Below are positions 62,832 through 64,000 of a stretch of DNA of 64,000 nucleotides, piece after piece. Source of the DNA: Oopsacas minuta (Eukaryota > Animalia > Porifera); assembly GCA_024704765.1 (NCBI GenBank), contig JAKMXF010000355.1:6459-70458 (forward strand). The letters are read 5' to 3'. A program made the position numbers and the translations under genes. The notes under the pieces are model-generated. The model ran no database searches. It saw nothing but the letters and a program-made list of their open reading frames with translations, and was not told the origin of the DNA. Every line of letters begins with the position of its first letter. Positions within the stretch are counted from its first letter, which is position 1.

Positions 62832-64000
62832 TAGGGCATTCAAGAAGTCTTGGGGGTAATGTTATATCTCAGGAATTAGTCAAATAACATATCTAAGTTC
62901 CATATAAAATAAGCCCATATAGTTAAACTCCATATACTGAAAGTTTCAAGCTTATTCAATACAAAATATTATTTTTTGAGAGAATTACGCATAGTAAATT
63001 CGTACCTACTGTTCAATTTATGGCTTCAAAGGATGATAATTTCACCTGAAATAGCGAGCTGACATAGAGTTTCGCACAAAACTCAAGTTCCAGCCCGTAC
63101 CAATCTTCAGCGAGTTACAGGAGATATCGTGCGTAGATTGCCTTACAGATCTACTGTAGAGCTATGGGCTGTCGATTTTAGGTCTGGTGATGCTGATGTC
63201 ACAGATTTGCCTCGATCTGGAAGACCGGTATCCGCCACTAAATTCAGAGAATATCGCACTTATTTAAAGTGCGGTCATGGAAGACAAGTGCATCACTCTC
63301 AATCAGTTAGAAAAAAGTATGGAGATTTCATCGGGCTATTCATACAATTCTGATGACTGAGCTTGGCTACCGATCGATTTGTGGGAAATGGGTACCGCAT
63401 AAGCTCAGTGAGAATCAAAGGTTCGCACGACTGAATATTGCCAAGAAAATCATGGAAACGTATGAGAACTGCGATTCTAGACGCCTAACAGAGATTATTA
63501 CTGGTGACGAGACGTGGGTGTACTATTCAACACCATATAGCAGTATAAGAAGCGATCATGGGTGAGGGGTGACGAACAACCGGCGAAAATTCCTAGGCCC
63601 GACTTCAGAAAACCTAAGATTATATATACCATCTCTTCAATAGTCATGGAATTGTCTTGCAATTACCTTGTGAACGTGGCAAAGCTATTACTGCTACTTT
63701 CTTTAGAGAGCAAGTGCTTCCAAACTTGATAAAAAATAGAAAAGCACCGCACGAAAACCAGAAGTAGAGGAATGAAGATTGTAATTAGTAACGCCAGTTC
63801 TCATACAACTAGGCTAACCATAAATTTCTTGGATGTTGAAGGGTTAATATTTCTACCCCATCCACCATACTCACCAGACCTAGCTCCTTGTAATTTTTGG
63901 CTATTCCCCAAGCTTAAAACCTTAAAGGCTAAGATTTTAACACATTACAAGCACTCGGAACGGGCCTGTACCAGTACTACAAATCCATCCCCGAAGAAGA
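62832..64000 (+). mobile_element. mariner element, decayed, running off the window end
   Basis: Closely similar to the 7253-8362 copy; WVPHKL, TGDETWVYY, YSPDLAPCNFWLFPKLK. Confidence 0.9.

Overview
AT-rich eukaryotic (probably invertebrate animal) DNA made almost entirely of nested, mostly decayed cut-and-paste transposons. Superfamilies present are piggyBac, Tc1/mariner (five catalytic classes: DD34E, DD34D, DD37E, DD37D, DD41D), hAT, MULE, Merlin, P, a Ginger-like integrase and Transib/RAG1-like. There are also LINE fragments, MITEs and two tandem-repeat families. The only clear host gene is an intronless PAM16/TIM16 (37278-37616, minus). The standout is three diverged single-ORF RAG1-like/Transib transposons: A 38894-41867, B 53012-56288, and C 48452-61622 (reconstructed from pieces). 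Their ends are RSS-like and asymmetric: a CACAGTG-type heptamer, a 10-nt spacer at the 5' end versus a 19-20-nt spacer at the 3' end, then a family-specific 9-mer box. The spacers differ by about one helical turn, as in the 12/23 rule of V(D)J recombination. The A and B transposases carry a RAG1 nonamer-binding-domain-like segment, all three share a novel N-terminal domain, and C has a ProtoRAG-type Cys/His C-terminal tail. No RAG2-like partner is visible. Boundaries and target-site duplications (TSDs) were read by eye; family names rest on motif recognition, not database searches.
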